Shown here: piece by piece, positions 46,961 to 57,359 of the stretch
Layout of the letters: the number at the start of each line of letters is the position of its first letter
Numbering within the stretch: the stretch's first letter is position 1
Assembly (NCBI GenBank): GCA_037445555.1
Contig: JBBIKG010000007.1
Location: 3,597 to 67,596, forward strand
Origin: Lentimicrobiaceae bacterium
GTDB taxonomy: Bacteria; Bacteroidota; Bacteroidia; Bacteroidales; JAAYJT01
Reading direction: 5' to 3'
Length of the DNA stretch: 64,000 nt
The notes under the pieces: generated by a model
What the model was told of the DNA's origin: nothing
Databases searched by the model: none
Seen by the model: the letters and a program-made list of their open reading frames with translations, nothing else
Translations under genes and position numbers: made by a program

Positions 46961-48222
46961 TGATTTCGCCTTTTCCTATCGGCGTGCAGCAATGCATTAA
47001 ATCAGTACTCTGGGTACTCTTTTTTCTGGCAATACCTGAAGGCCTCTTGGGGCAATCCGAAAAAGACAATCTGATACGCAACCGCCGGGAGGTTGAGAAA
47101 GAGATAGAGCTTACCAGCCAGTTGCTTACCGAAACGCGGAAGAACCGCACAACATCACTCAACGAACTGATGCTGTTAACCAGGCAAATCGGCAGGCGTA
47201 ATTCTCTCATTGGGCTGATAAACGACGAAACTAAAGAAATTGACAATAAAATCAGGCGTATTAACGATACGGTACAACGTTTGTCGAGCCAGCTCAAAAC
47301 ACTAAAGGCCGAGTATGGACGGATGATCTATGCCATCAGCAAACAGCAGAATGCCACAGGTAAACTTATGTTCATTTTTGCCGCACGCGATTTCAATCAG
47401 GCCTATAATCGAATTAAATATTTTCAACAATACGGTACCTACCGGAAACTGCAGGCTCAGAAAATCACCGCCACCCAGAATAATCTGACTATCCAGCTGC
47501 AGAAACTTGACTCGGAAAAGGTTCAGAAACTAGCCCTCCTCATTTCGGTTGAAAAAGAAAAACGAATGCTGGCAACAGAGCAGGAATTGAAAAATCAAAC
47601 TGTAAAGACCTTATCGCAGAAGGAAAAAGATCTTGTTAAATCGCTAAGGGAAAGCGAAATAGCGTTGCGAAAGCTACAAAAGGCCATCGAAGAGATAGTA
47701 GCCGCCGAGATGCAAAAGACGGCAGAATCGGCGAAGCAAAAGGGCGAAAAAACCCCCGAGGGGTTTGCCCTGACTCCGGAAGAACTCATTTTATCAGGAA
47801 ATTTTGCCGCAAACAAAGGAAAGCTGCCCTGGCCGGCCGAGAGGGGAATTATCACCGGGTCGTTTGGCGAACATCAGCACCCTGTGCTTAGCCATATAAA
47901 AACCCAAAACAACGGAATCGATATCACCACCAGTAAAGGTGCAGCAGCCAGGGCGGTGTTTGACGGCGTTGTGACCAACGTCCTCACCATCCCCAGCCTT
48001 AATAATGTTGTAATCATAAAACACGGGGATTTTCTTACTGTGTATGCAAATCTCGATCAGGTGCTGGTTTCGAAAGGCGACAGAGTAACCATAAAGCAAC
48101 CGGTAGGCATTATCCACTTCGACGAAGAACAGGCAAGAAGCAAACTGAATTTTCAAATTTGGAAAGGGAAAGAACTTCTTGATCCCGAATTGTGGATTGC
48201 GCGCACCCTGGCTGCTTCCTGA
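46960..48222 (+). CDS. M23-family peptidase / EnvC-like murein hydrolase activator
   Basis: An N-terminal coiled coil of about 250 aa is followed by a C-terminal LytM/M23 domain (GKLPWP...GSFGEHQHP...NNGIDI...VIIKHGDFLTVYANL). The start overlaps the previous stop (TAATG). Confidence 0.85.
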   Translation: MISPFPIGVQQCIKSVLWVLFFLAIPEGLLGQSEKDNLIRNRREVEKEIELTSQLLTETRKNRTTSLNELMLLTRQIGRRNSLIGLINDETKEIDNKIRRINDTVQRLSSQLKTLKAEYGRMIYAISKQQNATGKLMFIFAARDFNQAYNRIKYFQQYGTYRKLQAQKITATQNNLTIQLQKLDSEKVQKLALLISVEKEKRMLATEQELKNQTVKTLSQKEKDLVKSLRESEIALRKLQKAIEEIVAAEMQKTAESAKQKGEKTPEGFALTPEELILSGNFAANKGKLPWPAERGIITGSFGEHQHPVLSHIKTQNNGIDITTSKGAAARAVFDGVVTNVLTIPSLNNVVIIKHGDFLTVYANLDQVLVSKGDRVTIKQPVGIIHFDEEQARSKLNFQIWKGKELLDPELWIARTLAAS

Positions 48223-48284
48223 GGCAGGAGCCCTTATGGCACAAAGTTTTCGATGTGCAGGCGTACTTTGCAATCAAAATACAG

Positions 48285-48292
48285 TATTTTTG
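48285..48292 (+). promoter_or_regulatory. -7 promoter box TAnnTTTG (TATTTTTG) upstream of tatA
   Basis: Exact consensus match, 17 nt upstream of the ATG at 48309. Confidence 0.4.
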
Positions 48293-48308
48293 TAAAAAAA
48301 CTGTTACG

Positions 48309-48497
48309 ATGAACGGATTAATAATTTTAGGCATGGTCGGAATTTGGCAGATTCTGGTCATTGTGCTTATTGTACTTCTGCTTTTTGGCGGGAAAAAAAT
48401 ACCCGAACTCATGCGAGGACTTGGGCGGGGTATTCGTGAGTTTAAGGATGGCATGAGCGGGGAAGAGGGAAAAAAAGACCCCGAAGCTAAATCATAA
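48309..48497 (+). CDS. tatA: Twin-arginine translocase subunit TatA/E
   Basis: 62 aa: MNGLIILGMVGIWQILVIVLIVLLLFGGKKIPELMRGLGRGIREFK. This is a TM helix followed by the FG hinge and an amphipathic helix. The track start at 48192 overlaps the M23 gene and is rejected. Confidence 0.9.
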   Translation: MNGLIILGMVGIWQILVIVLIVLLLFGGKKIPELMRGLGRGIREFKDGMSGEEGKKDPEAKS

Positions 48498-48688
48498 TGA
48501 CGAAGGCCTTTCCTGGGTTTCCTTCTGCAGGACTCCAGATAAGGAGCCATTCCGTTCCTGCCGAAACTGCCGGAGGTAATCTTCAGCCAAATGGCTTCAG
48601 AATGTTTAACGAGTGTACTGTGACAGCACTGATTTTTTAGTCGGTGCGGTATTCTTAATTGGAGTCCAAATTGTTGTTTATTAAGTTT

Positions 48689-50410
48689 ATGCAAAAAATA
48701 TTTATAATACTATTGCTGCTTGCCTCGATGGGGTTGATAGCACAGGAGGTGGTTCCCGTCGACGACAGTCTGCTTTATACGGATGAGTTATACCAGGGTG
48801 ATTCAATAAGTGTAGGCGATACCCTTAACCGCCGCGATTTTCTGCAAACAGGCCCGATACTCGATATGCTCGACAGCCTCTACAGATCTTCATTATTCGG
48901 AGGAAACGGCGGCGAGGTGATTTATCACAAAAACAAATATGGTTACGCCCCCGACTTTGTTCCAGTGTATTCGGACTCAGTACATTTTGAACGCATGGCA
49001 CACCTCAACCGGCACACTCCAATCGAGCTTTCATACAATTGGCAGGTGAAAGAGTTTATTGATTTGTACGGGGTTCGGCGGCGCAACCTTACCAGCCGCG
49101 TTCTTGGCCTGAGCGATCTGTATTTTCCTTTGTTCGAAGAGCACCTCGACCGGCTTGGGCTTCCTCTTGAGCTGAAATACCTGGCAATTGTCGAGTCGGC
49201 ATTGATTCCCACGGCGCGCTCGCGAGCCGGCGCTACCGGATTATGGCAGTTCATGTACGGAACAGGCAAGATGTATAACCTGCAGGTTACGTCACTGGTC
49301 GACGACCGCAGCGACCCGTACAAATCAACGGTGGCTGCTGCTGAACACCTTCGCGATCTGTACAATATCTACAACGACTGGTTGCTTGCTTTGGCCGCCT
49401 ACAACAGCGGGCCGGGCAATGTGAATCGGGCGATCAGGCGGTCGGGCGGAAAAACCAGCTTCTGGGAGATAAGCCCGTTTCTGCCCAGGGAGACCAGGGG
49501 ATATGTGCCTGCATTTATCGCGGTCACCTACATCATGAGCCATCCCGAAGAATACAACCTCTACCCGGTAAAGCCGGAATTTTTGTATTATGAGATTGAT
49601 ACTGTTGCTATAAAAGATGTACTCTCTTTCGATCAGTTGGCTGATATACTCAAAATCCCCGTTGACCAACTGAAGTTTCTCAACCCCTCGTTCAGGCAGG
49701 GAATCATACCGGCTTCGGCAGAAAAGAAGTACTTTTTACGACTGCCCCAGCAATACATAGGAGATTTTATTGAGAAAGAAAAAGACCTGTATTCATACAC
49801 TGCCGAGCGGAGCCAGCAGCGTGAGCAGCTGCTTGCACAGGTGAAGCAGATGAAAGAGCAGCAATATCACAGGGTGCGTAAAGGCGAAACCCTCGGTTCC
49901 ATTGCAAGAATATATCACTGCTCGGTAAACGACCTAAAGCGCTGGAACAACCTGAAAAGCACCTCTCTGGCAATAGGACAACGCCTGATGGTGCAGGCCG
50001 GGCCAGGCTATAAGCCTCCGGTAGCCACCAAAGCTAACATAAGCAGCAAGCCATCACCGACCGGGGTACATGTAGTGAAAAGCGGTGAAACCCTTGGCGA
50101 AATAGCCGCGCTTTACAAAATCTCTGTAGCCGAACTGAAAAAACTCAACAACCTTAACACCGATTTTTTGCAGGTAAATCAAAAACTTAAAGTGACAGGC
50201 GAAGCTGCACCAGCCGCCCAGGTAGCAACCACAATCCAGGCGGGGAAGCAGAAATTTATTTTTTACACTGTTCAGAAAGGCGACACACTGTGGGAAATAG
50301 CCAACAAGCACAAAGGGGTAACCGTTGAGCAAATTAGAAAGTGGAATAATTTTGGAATAAAAAGTACGTTGCAACCCGGGCAAAAAATCATTGTTGGCGT
50401 GAGCGGATGA
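48689..50410 (+). CDS. LysM-domain lytic murein transglycosylase (MltD-like)
   Basis: The SLT catalytic region is LKYLAIVESALIPTARSRAGATGLWQFMYGTG...AYNSGPGNVNRA. Three C-terminal LysM repeats follow (YHRVRKGETLGSIA..., VHVVKSGETLGEIA..., FYTVQKGDTLWEIA...). I chose the ATG at 48689. Confidence 0.9.
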   Translation: MQKIFIILLLLASMGLIAQEVVPVDDSLLYTDELYQGDSISVGDTLNRRDFLQTGPILDMLDSLYRSSLFGGNGGEVIYHKNKYGYAPDFVPVYSDSVHFERMAHLNRHTPIELSYNWQVKEFIDLYGVRRRNLTSRVLGLSDLYFPLFEEHLDRLGLPLELKYLAIVESALIPTARSRAGATGLWQFMYGTGKMYNLQVTSLVDDRSDPYKSTVAAAEHLRDLYNIYNDWLLALAAYNSGPGNVNRAIRRSGGKTSFWEISPFLPRETRGYVPAFIAVTYIMSHPEEYNLYPVKPEFLYYEIDTVAIKDVLSFDQLADILKIPVDQLKFLNPSFRQGIIPASAEKKYFLRLPQQYIGDFIEKEKDLYSYTAERSQQREQLLAQVKQMKEQQYHRVRKGETLGSIARIYHCSVNDLKRWNNLKSTSLAIGQRLMVQAGPGYKPPVATKANISSKPSPTGVHVVKSGETLGEIAALYKISVAELKKLNNLNTDFLQVNQKLKVTGEAAPAAQVATTIQAGKQKFIFYTVQKGDTLWEIANKHKGVTVEQIRKWNNFGIKSTLQPGQKIIVGVSG

Positions 50411-50441
50411 TTCAATTAGTGTATTCACAAAACGCAATCCT

Positions 50442-51443
50442 ATGACAAATCGCCTCAGCCTGACTTTGGCAACCGTTATTGCTGCTGCCGCTTTTTTTCA
50501 GGCTTGTAATTCAAAGCAACGAATCGTGCCTGCGTCCACAGGCAAAACAGGCGAGATGTTGATAGTGGCCGAGAAAGGCCTATGGAACGGACCTTTAGGA
50601 GAATCCGTGCGGGAATACTTTGGGCAGGATATTGTGGGATTGCCGCAGTCAGAGCCCATGTACACCCTGCCCCAAATCGGGGAGGGAGAGTTTGGCACTA
50701 TTTTTCAGTCGCATCGCAATCTTTTCATCATCAGTATCAAACCTGAATTTACCAAACCTTTTATAGAAACCAAACGCGACCTGTGGTCAAAGCCCCAGCG
50801 GGTGATCAAAATCAACGCTTCGTCTGATACCGCCGCTCTCCGCTTGTTTGAAGAGAACAAACGGACATTTCTTCTTCTGTACGACCAGATGGAGCGGGAG
50901 CGCATTCAGGCTGCCTACAGGGCAGTCTCCGATCAGGCAGTACATAAACAACTGGTCGAAAAATTCAACATTTCGATGACAGTCCCACAAGGATATTATG
51001 TGGCAAAAAAAACCGAGGATTTTATGTGGTTGAGGCGCGAAACACTTGAATTCAGCCAGGGAATCCTCATTTATACCTATCCGTACAAAGACACCCTTTC
51101 ATTCAAGTCCGGAAGGATCATCGCCATGCGCGACATCATGACACAGCTTTATGTGCCGGGAACCCTTGACGGGACATTCATGACCGTGTCGAAGAATTAT
51201 GTGCCTCCAGTCACCCAGCCGGTGACGCTAAACGGGCAATTCGCGATAGAAACCCGCGGATTGTGGGAGGTGCAGGGCGATTTCATGGGCGGACCGTTCA
51301 TAAGCTATACTATGGTTGATCAAACCGGTCATAAGATCCTGACCCTTGACGGGTATGTATATGCCCCGAAAGACCTTAAGCGGGATCTGGTCAGACAAAT
51401 GGAGGCCATTCTCTATACCTGTAGGCCTTACGATGTGCAATAA
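50442..51443 (+). CDS. Lipoprotein of unknown function, possibly DUF4837 family
   Basis: Lipobox FFQAC, 333 aa, no catalytic motif. The family label is from memory only. Confidence 0.6.
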   Translation: MTNRLSLTLATVIAAAAFFQACNSKQRIVPASTGKTGEMLIVAEKGLWNGPLGESVREYFGQDIVGLPQSEPMYTLPQIGEGEFGTIFQSHRNLFIISIKPEFTKPFIETKRDLWSKPQRVIKINASSDTAALRLFEENKRTFLLLYDQMERERIQAAYRAVSDQAVHKQLVEKFNISMTVPQGYYVAKKTEDFMWLRRETLEFSQGILIYTYPYKDTLSFKSGRIIAMRDIMTQLYVPGTLDGTFMTVSKNYVPPVTQPVTLNGQFAIETRGLWEVQGDFMGGPFISYTMVDQTGHKILTLDGYVYAPKDLKRDLVRQMEAILYTCRPYDVQ

Positions 51444-51540
51444 ATTCCCCGGTTTGTGTAAAAATCAAGACAATCAACAGGATGTTGATAATCAAATAAA
51501 AACTTTTTTATATTCGCAGCCACATTAAACCTAATCGTTT

Positions 51541-52023
51541 ATGAAAAAACTCATCACCCCATTTCTTCTTGCCCTGCTCGTGCTGTTGGCAAGCGAATCA
51601 AAAGCCCAGGCAGCCGCCGAACGTATTGTTGGTTATTATCTTGCTGTTGATGACGAAGACAACCCAAACTCACAGGTGAGGATCTTCAAAGCACCCAATG
51701 GCAAATACTTCGGCGAAATTGTGTGGCTTAAGGAACCCCTGAATGATCAGGGAAAACCAAAGGTTGACGACAAAAACCCCGATCCGAAGCTGCAAAGCCG
51801 CAAGGTTATGGGATTGCGCATCCTGACTGACTTTACTTATGACGCCTCACGCGAAGAGTGGAGCGGAGGGCAGATCTACAGTCCCAAAACAGGGAAAACC
51901 TACAAGTGTTATCTGAAGTTTGAAGAAGACGGCAGCCTGAAAGTGCGCGGCTACATCGGAAGCGCATGGATGGGCCTCGGAAAAACCGTACACTGGAAGA
52001 AAGAGCAGGCCCTCAGAAACTAG
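51541..52023 (+). CDS. DUF2147 domain-containing secreted protein
   Basis: Signal peptide, then IVGYY...QVRIFKAPNGKYFGEIVWL...GLRILTDFTYD...WSGGQIYSPKTGKTYKCYLKFEEDGSLKVRGYIG, the DUF2147 pattern. Confidence 0.85.
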   Translation: MKKLITPFLLALLVLLASESKAQAAAERIVGYYLAVDDEDNPNSQVRIFKAPNGKYFGEIVWLKEPLNDQGKPKVDDKNPDPKLQSRKVMGLRILTDFTYDASREEWSGGQIYSPKTGKTYKCYLKFEEDGSLKVRGYIGSAWMGLGKTVHWKKEQALRN

Positions 52024-52044
52024 ACAAAATTTACTCTGGCCGCA

Positions 52045-52094
52045 AGGCTGTTGACGGGTCTGTAGACTCCGGCAACAGCCTTTTTTGTTTTTTT
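52045..52094 (+). terminator. Rho-independent terminator after the DUF2147 gene
   Basis: AAGGCTGTTG (52044/45-52053) pairs with CAACAGCCTT (52073-52082) and is followed by a T-rich run TTTTTTGTTTTTTT. Confidence 0.8.
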
Positions 52095-52270
52095 AACATT
52101 TATTTAGCCGCCCTTGTAAATAATTGTAATTCAACCATGTGCGCATTCTGTTAATTTGCATTTTCACTCATGGATTAGGGTAGAAATATGCAGAGTCGCA
52201 TGAGGCGCCATAACAAATCTCCTTAAAAATCGTTTATATACTACCTCTGGCCCTATATTTCATATTTGGT

Positions 52271-53767
52271 ATGAAATTTGTTCATAAGGGCAGGCCATGT
52301 CGAACGAAAAAAGACAGGATGTTTTTTTTATGGAAATTCAATCGAAAGCTGATAACCGCTTTCCTTTCGATGATCAATCTGTTGTGGTCGTGCAACCACG
52401 CCTCCCTGCTTTATCAGTCTGATCTTACCTCCAAATCTGATTCGCGCCTTCAAACCATCATTGAGCGGGGCAAGCTTATCGCTGTAACTGATCCGGGAGC
52501 CACCAGCTATTTCGTTTACCGAAGCCAGCCGATGGGATACCAGTTTGAGCTGCTTCAGCAATTTGCGAAACAAATCGGTGTCCGACTCGAAATCCATGTG
52601 GAACGCGATCCCAAAACCGCTCTCGAAAAGCTTAATGAGGGCTATTTTGATATTGTGGCCAAAACGATTGTCATTACGCGCGAACGAAGCGAGACAGTTG
52701 ATTTTATGGCTCCCATGATCACATCGCGACAGGTGCTGGTGCAGCGAAAACCAAAAGGATGGCGACAGATGGCAACCATGGAGGAAGTAAATAAACGGAT
52801 GGTTCGCCAAATCACGGATTTAGCAGGCAAAACCATCCATGTGCCAAAAAATTCAGCGTTCTATTATCGCCTGGTCCATGTGCAGCAGGAAATCAAGGCG
52901 GATATTGATATTGCCGAAGTGTCTGGAAAAGACCCTGAAGACTTTCTTCGGATGCTTGCCAATGGAGAAATAAACTATACCGTATGCGACGAAAATGTTG
53001 CCAGGGTCGCCCAAAAAGTATTTCCCGAACTGGATGCCGAAACTGTGATAAGCCTGCCTGCGAAGTCGTCATGGGCTGTTGGAAAAGGCAATGAGTCCCT
53101 GCTCAACGCACTCAACCTATGGTGGGCTGAATTCAGCCAGACTGAACAGGCCGCCTTGCTGTACGACAAATATTTTAGCAACCCCATGGGATTGCTTGCC
53201 GGACAGCGTGATTATCACCTTAGCCGCAGCGGTCAAATTTCGGGATATGATGAAACCATTCGTAAATACAGCTCATTCCTCAACTGGGATTGGCGCCTGC
53301 TGGCCTCGCTTATTTACCAGGAATCGAAATTCATGCCCGATGTAACCTCTCATAAAGGTGCTTACGGAATCATGCAGATGATGCCTAACACTGCCATGGC
53401 TTATGGCGTTGATAGTAGCTCTACGCCCCAGGAGCATATTGAGGCTGGTGTTAAACACCTTCGCTGGCTTGACAATCAACTGAAAAAAGAAATTGAAAAC
53501 TCCGCCGAAAGGCAAAAATTTGTTCTGGCGGCTTACAACGCGGGTCTTGAACATGTGAATGATGCGCGGCGCCTGGCTGTTAAGCACAAAAAAGATCCCA
53601 ATGTGTGGGATAATAATGTCGACTACTTTATGCTCAACAAATCAAACCCGAAATACTACCGCGACGACGTGGTACAATACGGGTATTGCAGGGGCGAAGA
53701 ACCCTATAAGTTTGTGCGAGAAATCATCGAGCGGTATGATCATTACCGCTGGGCAGTTACCAATTAG
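52271..53767 (+). CDS. MltF-like protein: periplasmic solute-binding (SBP_bac_3) domain fused to an SLT lytic transglycosylase domain
   Basis: The N-terminal SBP-like region includes GKLIAVTDPGATSYFVYRSQPMGYQFELL. The C-terminal SLT region is LIYQESKFMPDVTSHKGAYGIMQMMP...AYNAGLEHV. The start is uncertain: ATG at 52271 or 52319. Confidence 0.85.
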   Translation: MKFVHKGRPCRTKKDRMFFLWKFNRKLITAFLSMINLLWSCNHASLLYQSDLTSKSDSRLQTIIERGKLIAVTDPGATSYFVYRSQPMGYQFELLQQFAKQIGVRLEIHVERDPKTALEKLNEGYFDIVAKTIVITRERSETVDFMAPMITSRQVLVQRKPKGWRQMATMEEVNKRMVRQITDLAGKTIHVPKNSAFYYRLVHVQQEIKADIDIAEVSGKDPEDFLRMLANGEINYTVCDENVARVAQKVFPELDAETVISLPAKSSWAVGKGNESLLNALNLWWAEFSQTEQAALLYDKYFSNPMGLLAGQRDYHLSRSGQISGYDETIRKYSSFLNWDWRLLASLIYQESKFMPDVTSHKGAYGIMQMMPNTAMAYGVDSSSTPQEHIEAGVKHLRWLDNQLKKEIENSAERQKFVLAAYNAGLEHVNDARRLAVKHKKDPNVWDNNVDYFMLNKSNPKYYRDDVVQYGYCRGEEPYKFVREIIERYDHYRWAVTN

Positions 53768-53802
53768 AAGATTTCATTAACAGGTCCGGCAATCACTGAC
53801 GG

Positions 53803-54816
53803 TCAGAATGCGAGAAACCTCAGGTAGTGTGCGCAATGATCGCGTATTGACACCTCGATGGGTATGAACGAGAAACCGAATTCGTCAGTAATATTCTTAC
53901 TGCTGTATCGTATTCGCTTATTGGCTGCACGGGCAGTATCGCGTGTAAGCAAGACAGGCCTGCGGGAAATTACTGACGCGATTTTGTCTGCTCTCCACGC
54001 CAGCTCAAGCATCCAGGGACGGGCATTTATCCGGGGCCGCCTGCGCCCGAAAGCATCAGCCATCAGATTAAACAGGTAGCGGTAGGTGTGATTGCCTCCC
54101 GAAAGTACAAACCGCTTGCCGGAGACCGGTCTCTCCATCAAAGTTATCATAGCGCGGCTCACATCGCGAACATCCACAAAAGAGTTTACGCCTGATGTGA
54201 AAAATAAATTGCCCTTGTGGGCCTGTTTTAGCAGCTGTACGGAGCTTTTTTGAGGATCGCCGGGCCCGATGATTATACTGGGGTTAACTATCACAGCAGG
54301 CAGCCCCTCAGCGATACCACGCCACACTTCGCGCTCAGAGGCATGCTTGCTTAGGGCATATCCTGAATTATCAGCAGAGTCAACCCAGTCGCTGCTTTCA
54401 TCGATGAGTACGTCTTCGCCCGTACGGCCAAGGGCCGCTACCGAACTTACAAAACAGAGTTTGTCGACCCCTGTTTCGAGGCATGCATTCACTACGTTGT
54501 TGGTACCTTCGACATTTACATACATCATATGATCAATGTCGGCAGGATTAAATGAAACGGTGGCTGCACAGTGATATACCTGTCTTACGCCATCCAGCGC
54601 CCCGAGCAGCGAATAATAATCTGTCACATCGCCATCAACCCATTCTATGGCGGCGAGCATATGTTCGTAAGAGGCGCCGTACAGACTGAATATCTTGCTG
54701 ACTATTTCCAGATTGGAGGAAGATCGTTTCAGCACTCTGACTTTTTTACCTGCCTTCACCAGGTCGAACAGCACATGTGAGCCCACAAGTCCTGTGGCTC
54801 CGGTGATCAGTATCAT
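53803..54816 (-). CDS. NAD-dependent epimerase/dehydratase (extended SDR) family protein
   Basis: [15 protein letters not shown] (Rossmann TGxxGxxG) and a YxxxK element (YALSKHASE). 337 aa. Confidence 0.85.
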   Translation of the reverse strand: MILITGATGLVGSHVLFDLVKAGKKVRVLKRSSSNLEIVSKIFSLYGASYEHMLAAIEWVDGDVTDYYSLLGALDGVRQVYHCAATVSFNPADIDHMMYVNVEGTNNVVNACLETGVDKLCFVSSVAALGRTGEDVLIDESSDWVDSADNSGYALSKHASEREVWRGIAEGLPAVIVNPSIIIGPGDPQKSSVQLLKQAHKGNLFFTSGVNSFVDVRDVSRAMITLMERPVSGKRFVLSGGNHTYRYLFNLMADAFGRRRPRINARPWMLELAWRADKIASVISRRPVLLTRDTARAANKRIRYSSKNITDEFGFSFIPIEVSIRDHCAHYLRFLAF

Positions 54817-54885
54817 AGCGGATTGTTTTACAGAGGCAAAGATAAGAGAGTTCGCTCTGCCGGGTGCAGATTTTGGCCAATCATT

Positions 54886-54893
54886 TATCTTTG
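54886..54893 (+). promoter_or_regulatory. -7 promoter box TAnnTTTG (TATCTTTG) upstream of tyrS
   Basis: Exact consensus match, 15 nt upstream of the ATG at 54908. Confidence 0.45.
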
Positions 54894-54907
54894 CACAAAA
54901 AAATAGG

Positions 54908-56197
54908 ATGAATTTTGTAGAAGAATTGCGCTGGAGAGGGATGATTCATGATGTGATGCCCGGAACGGAAGAGCATCTGGCAGCCGGCATGGGCACTGCA
55001 TACGTGGGCATCGACCCCACATCCGACTCGTTACATATCGGACATTTGGTTGGTGTGATAATGCTAAAGCATTTTCAACATTTTGGTCATAAACCCCTGG
55101 CTTTGGTCGGAGGCGCCACCGGTATGATAGGCGATCCCTCCGGGAAATCACAGGAGCGCAACCTGCTCGATGAGCAAACATTACGTCACAATCAAAACTG
55201 CATTGAAAAACAGCTGCGCAAATTTCTTGATTTTGATCCTTTGCTGGCCAATGGCGCTGAGATCGTGAATAATTACGACTGGATGAAGGAATACTCCTTT
55301 CTGGATTTTATCCGCGACATAGGCAAGCACATCACTGTCAACTACATGATGGCCAAGGAGTCGGTTCGAAAGCGTATTGAGGGCGATGCAGCCAGTGGAA
55401 TGTCGTTCACCGAGTTTACTTATCAGCTGGTGCAGGGATATGATTTTCTTTACCTGTACCGCACAAAAAACTGTCGTTTGCAGATGGGTGGCAGCGACCA
55501 GTGGGGCAATATCACCACCGGCACCGAACTTATCCGGCGAATTGACGGGGGTGAGGCATTTGCACTTACCTGCCCGTTAATTACCAAAGCCGATGGCGGA
55601 AAATTTGGAAAAACCGAAAGCGGTAACGTATGGCTCGATCCCTCAAAAACCTCTCCCTACCAATTTTATCAGTTCTGGCTTAATACCAGCGACGAGGACG
55701 CTGCCAAATACATCAAAATTTTCACCCTCTTTTCGCGCGAACAAATCGGCGAAATGATTGCACGTCATGCCGCAGCACCCCACGAGCGCATGCTACAGAA
55801 AGAGCTGGCACGCGACCTCACTATTCGTGTGCACTCCGAAAAAGACTACCTGGCTGCCCTTGACGCATCGGAAATACTTTTTGGCAAGGGCACTACCGAA
55901 ATGCTGAAAAAACTCGATGAAAAAACATTGCTCTCGGTGTTCGAAGGAGTCCCCACCTGCGAAATATCCGGCAAACAATTGCAAAACACCATCCCCATCC
56001 TCGAATTTTTAGCCGACAAAACCTCAATTTTTCCTTCGCGTGGCGAAGCACGGCGCATGATCAAAGACGGAGGAGTGCTGATAAACAAACAAAAAGTTGG
56101 CGAAGATTTGAACATTACCCCCGCACATTTGCTCACCGACCGCTATTTGCTGGTGCAACGTGGCAAGAAGAACTATTTTCTGGTAAAGGTGGTTTGA
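54908..56197 (+). CDS. tyrS: Tyrosine--tRNA ligase
   Basis: [15 protein letters not shown]..., the HIGH-type motif (SLHIGHLV), KFGKTE (KMSKS variant), and a C-terminal S4-like domain ([17 protein letters not shown]). I chose the ATG at 54908; the track start at 54695 overlaps the divergent epimerase gene and the promoter. Confidence 0.94.
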   Translation: MNFVEELRWRGMIHDVMPGTEEHLAAGMGTAYVGIDPTSDSLHIGHLVGVIMLKHFQHFGHKPLALVGGATGMIGDPSGKSQERNLLDEQTLRHNQNCIEKQLRKFLDFDPLLANGAEIVNNYDWMKEYSFLDFIRDIGKHITVNYMMAKESVRKRIEGDAASGMSFTEFTYQLVQGYDFLYLYRTKNCRLQMGGSDQWGNITTGTELIRRIDGGEAFALTCPLITKADGGKFGKTESGNVWLDPSKTSPYQFYQFWLNTSDEDAAKYIKIFTLFSREQIGEMIARHAAAPHERMLQKELARDLTIRVHSEKDYLAALDASEILFGKGTTEMLKKLDEKTLLSVFEGVPTCEISGKQLQNTIPILEFLADKTSIFPSRGEARRMIKDGGVLINKQKVGEDLNITPAHLLTDRYLLVQRGKKNYFLVKVV

Positions 56198-56423
56198 TCA
56201 AAACCCCTTTTTATTGTCATCATTCACCCTACAAGCAGGACTGCTCTGACACAGGACGCCTGATTGGTATACCTGGCTTATAAGCCATTGTTTATCATGT
56301 TGAAAGAATGATAGATTGGCGCCAACCACATTCATAGAACACAACTTCAAAAATCGCATTGGGCAGCGGAATCTGCCGACTCTAAGATTCTGATGATTAG
56401 CGATGCCCTTTCCCTGAAGATAC

Positions 56424-56431
56424 TAACTTTG
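56424..56431 (+). promoter_or_regulatory. -7 promoter box TAnnTTTG (TAACTTTG)
   Basis: Exact consensus match, 42 nt upstream of the ATG at 56473. Confidence 0.4.
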
Positions 56432-56472
56432 TATTGTAACAGGCAAATTAAATCAAACCTAAATCAAACATT

Positions 56473-57222
56473 ATGAAAGAATATAATAAAATAATCATTG
56501 CCATTGCCATCGTAATCGGCTTGGGATTGAACGGTATATTTATAGGACGGGCAATTCAACGGTTTAAAAAAGAAGACCGGTTTATTTCAGTAAAAGGATT
56601 TTCGGAGCGCGAGGTTAAAGCTAACCTTGCAGTATGGACAATCACAATTCGGGTTACAACAAACGATATTGCCGAAGGAAGCCGAAGGACGGAGGCTGAA
56701 AAACAAAAAGTTATAAATTTCCTTCTCAATAAAGGAATCAAACAAGAAGAAATTTTTCAGAAAGACCTGAATGTGGTGGATAAAATAGCCCGCGAGTATG
56801 CAAATTCCGACATCGGGACTTTCCGCTACATCATTGAAAACATCATGCAGGTGCGCTCCGAAAATGTAGACACCATTCAATCTGTTAAAACTATGACCGA
56901 CGAACTATTGAAAGACGGAGTTGTTATATCGAACATCGAAAATTATCAGCCAACAGTGCAATATCTTTTTACAAAGCTCAACGATATAAAACCCGCAATG
57001 CTGCTCGAGGCTACCCAAAACGCCAGGCAGGCCGCCCTCGAATTTGCCAATGAAAGCAAGGTTTCGCTGGGACCATTGAAAAAAGCCAGTCAGGGTTTGT
57101 TCACCATTGTCGACAGGGACGATTTTATTGCCGGTCAGGCCGACGGTGGTTATGGCAGCAATTTAAACGATATTTATAAAAAGGTGCGGGTGGTTGTGAA
57201 TATCGAATATTCGGTTGAATAA
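56473..57222 (+). CDS. SIMPL (DUF541) domain-containing protein
   Basis: 249 aa. An N-terminal TM anchor is followed by RFISVKGFSEREVKANLAVWTI..., which fits my recollection of SIMPL-family proteins. Confidence 0.7.
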   Translation: MKEYNKIIIAIAIVIGLGLNGIFIGRAIQRFKKEDRFISVKGFSEREVKANLAVWTITIRVTTNDIAEGSRRTEAEKQKVINFLLNKGIKQEEIFQKDLNVVDKIAREYANSDIGTFRYIIENIMQVRSENVDTIQSVKTMTDELLKDGVVISNIENYQPTVQYLFTKLNDIKPAMLLEATQNARQAALEFANESKVSLGPLKKASQGLFTIVDRDDFIAGQADGGYGSNLNDIYKKVRVVVNIEYSVE

Positions 57223-57359
57223 AACCACCGGAAGATTCAATTCTCATATGCTTTTTCAGGCAAAAGAGAAGATTATCGCCCTGTCATTTGCTCAATGGTC
57301 GTTATATTCTCGTGCATGAAGGAAAGAAAAATTATTACGTGATTATTGCAGAATAAAAT

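Noticed and set aside
48110-48694. 194-aa minus-strand ORF spanning tatA and the downstream spacer
   Set aside because: It overlaps the unmistakable TatA frame and the end of the M23 gene. Its His/Arg/Pro-rich composition is not protein-like.
54817-54907. T-box leader upstream of tyrS
   Set aside because: Only 91 nt separate tyrS from the divergent gene, and the promoter box lies 15 nt from the ATG, so there is no space for a T-box structure.
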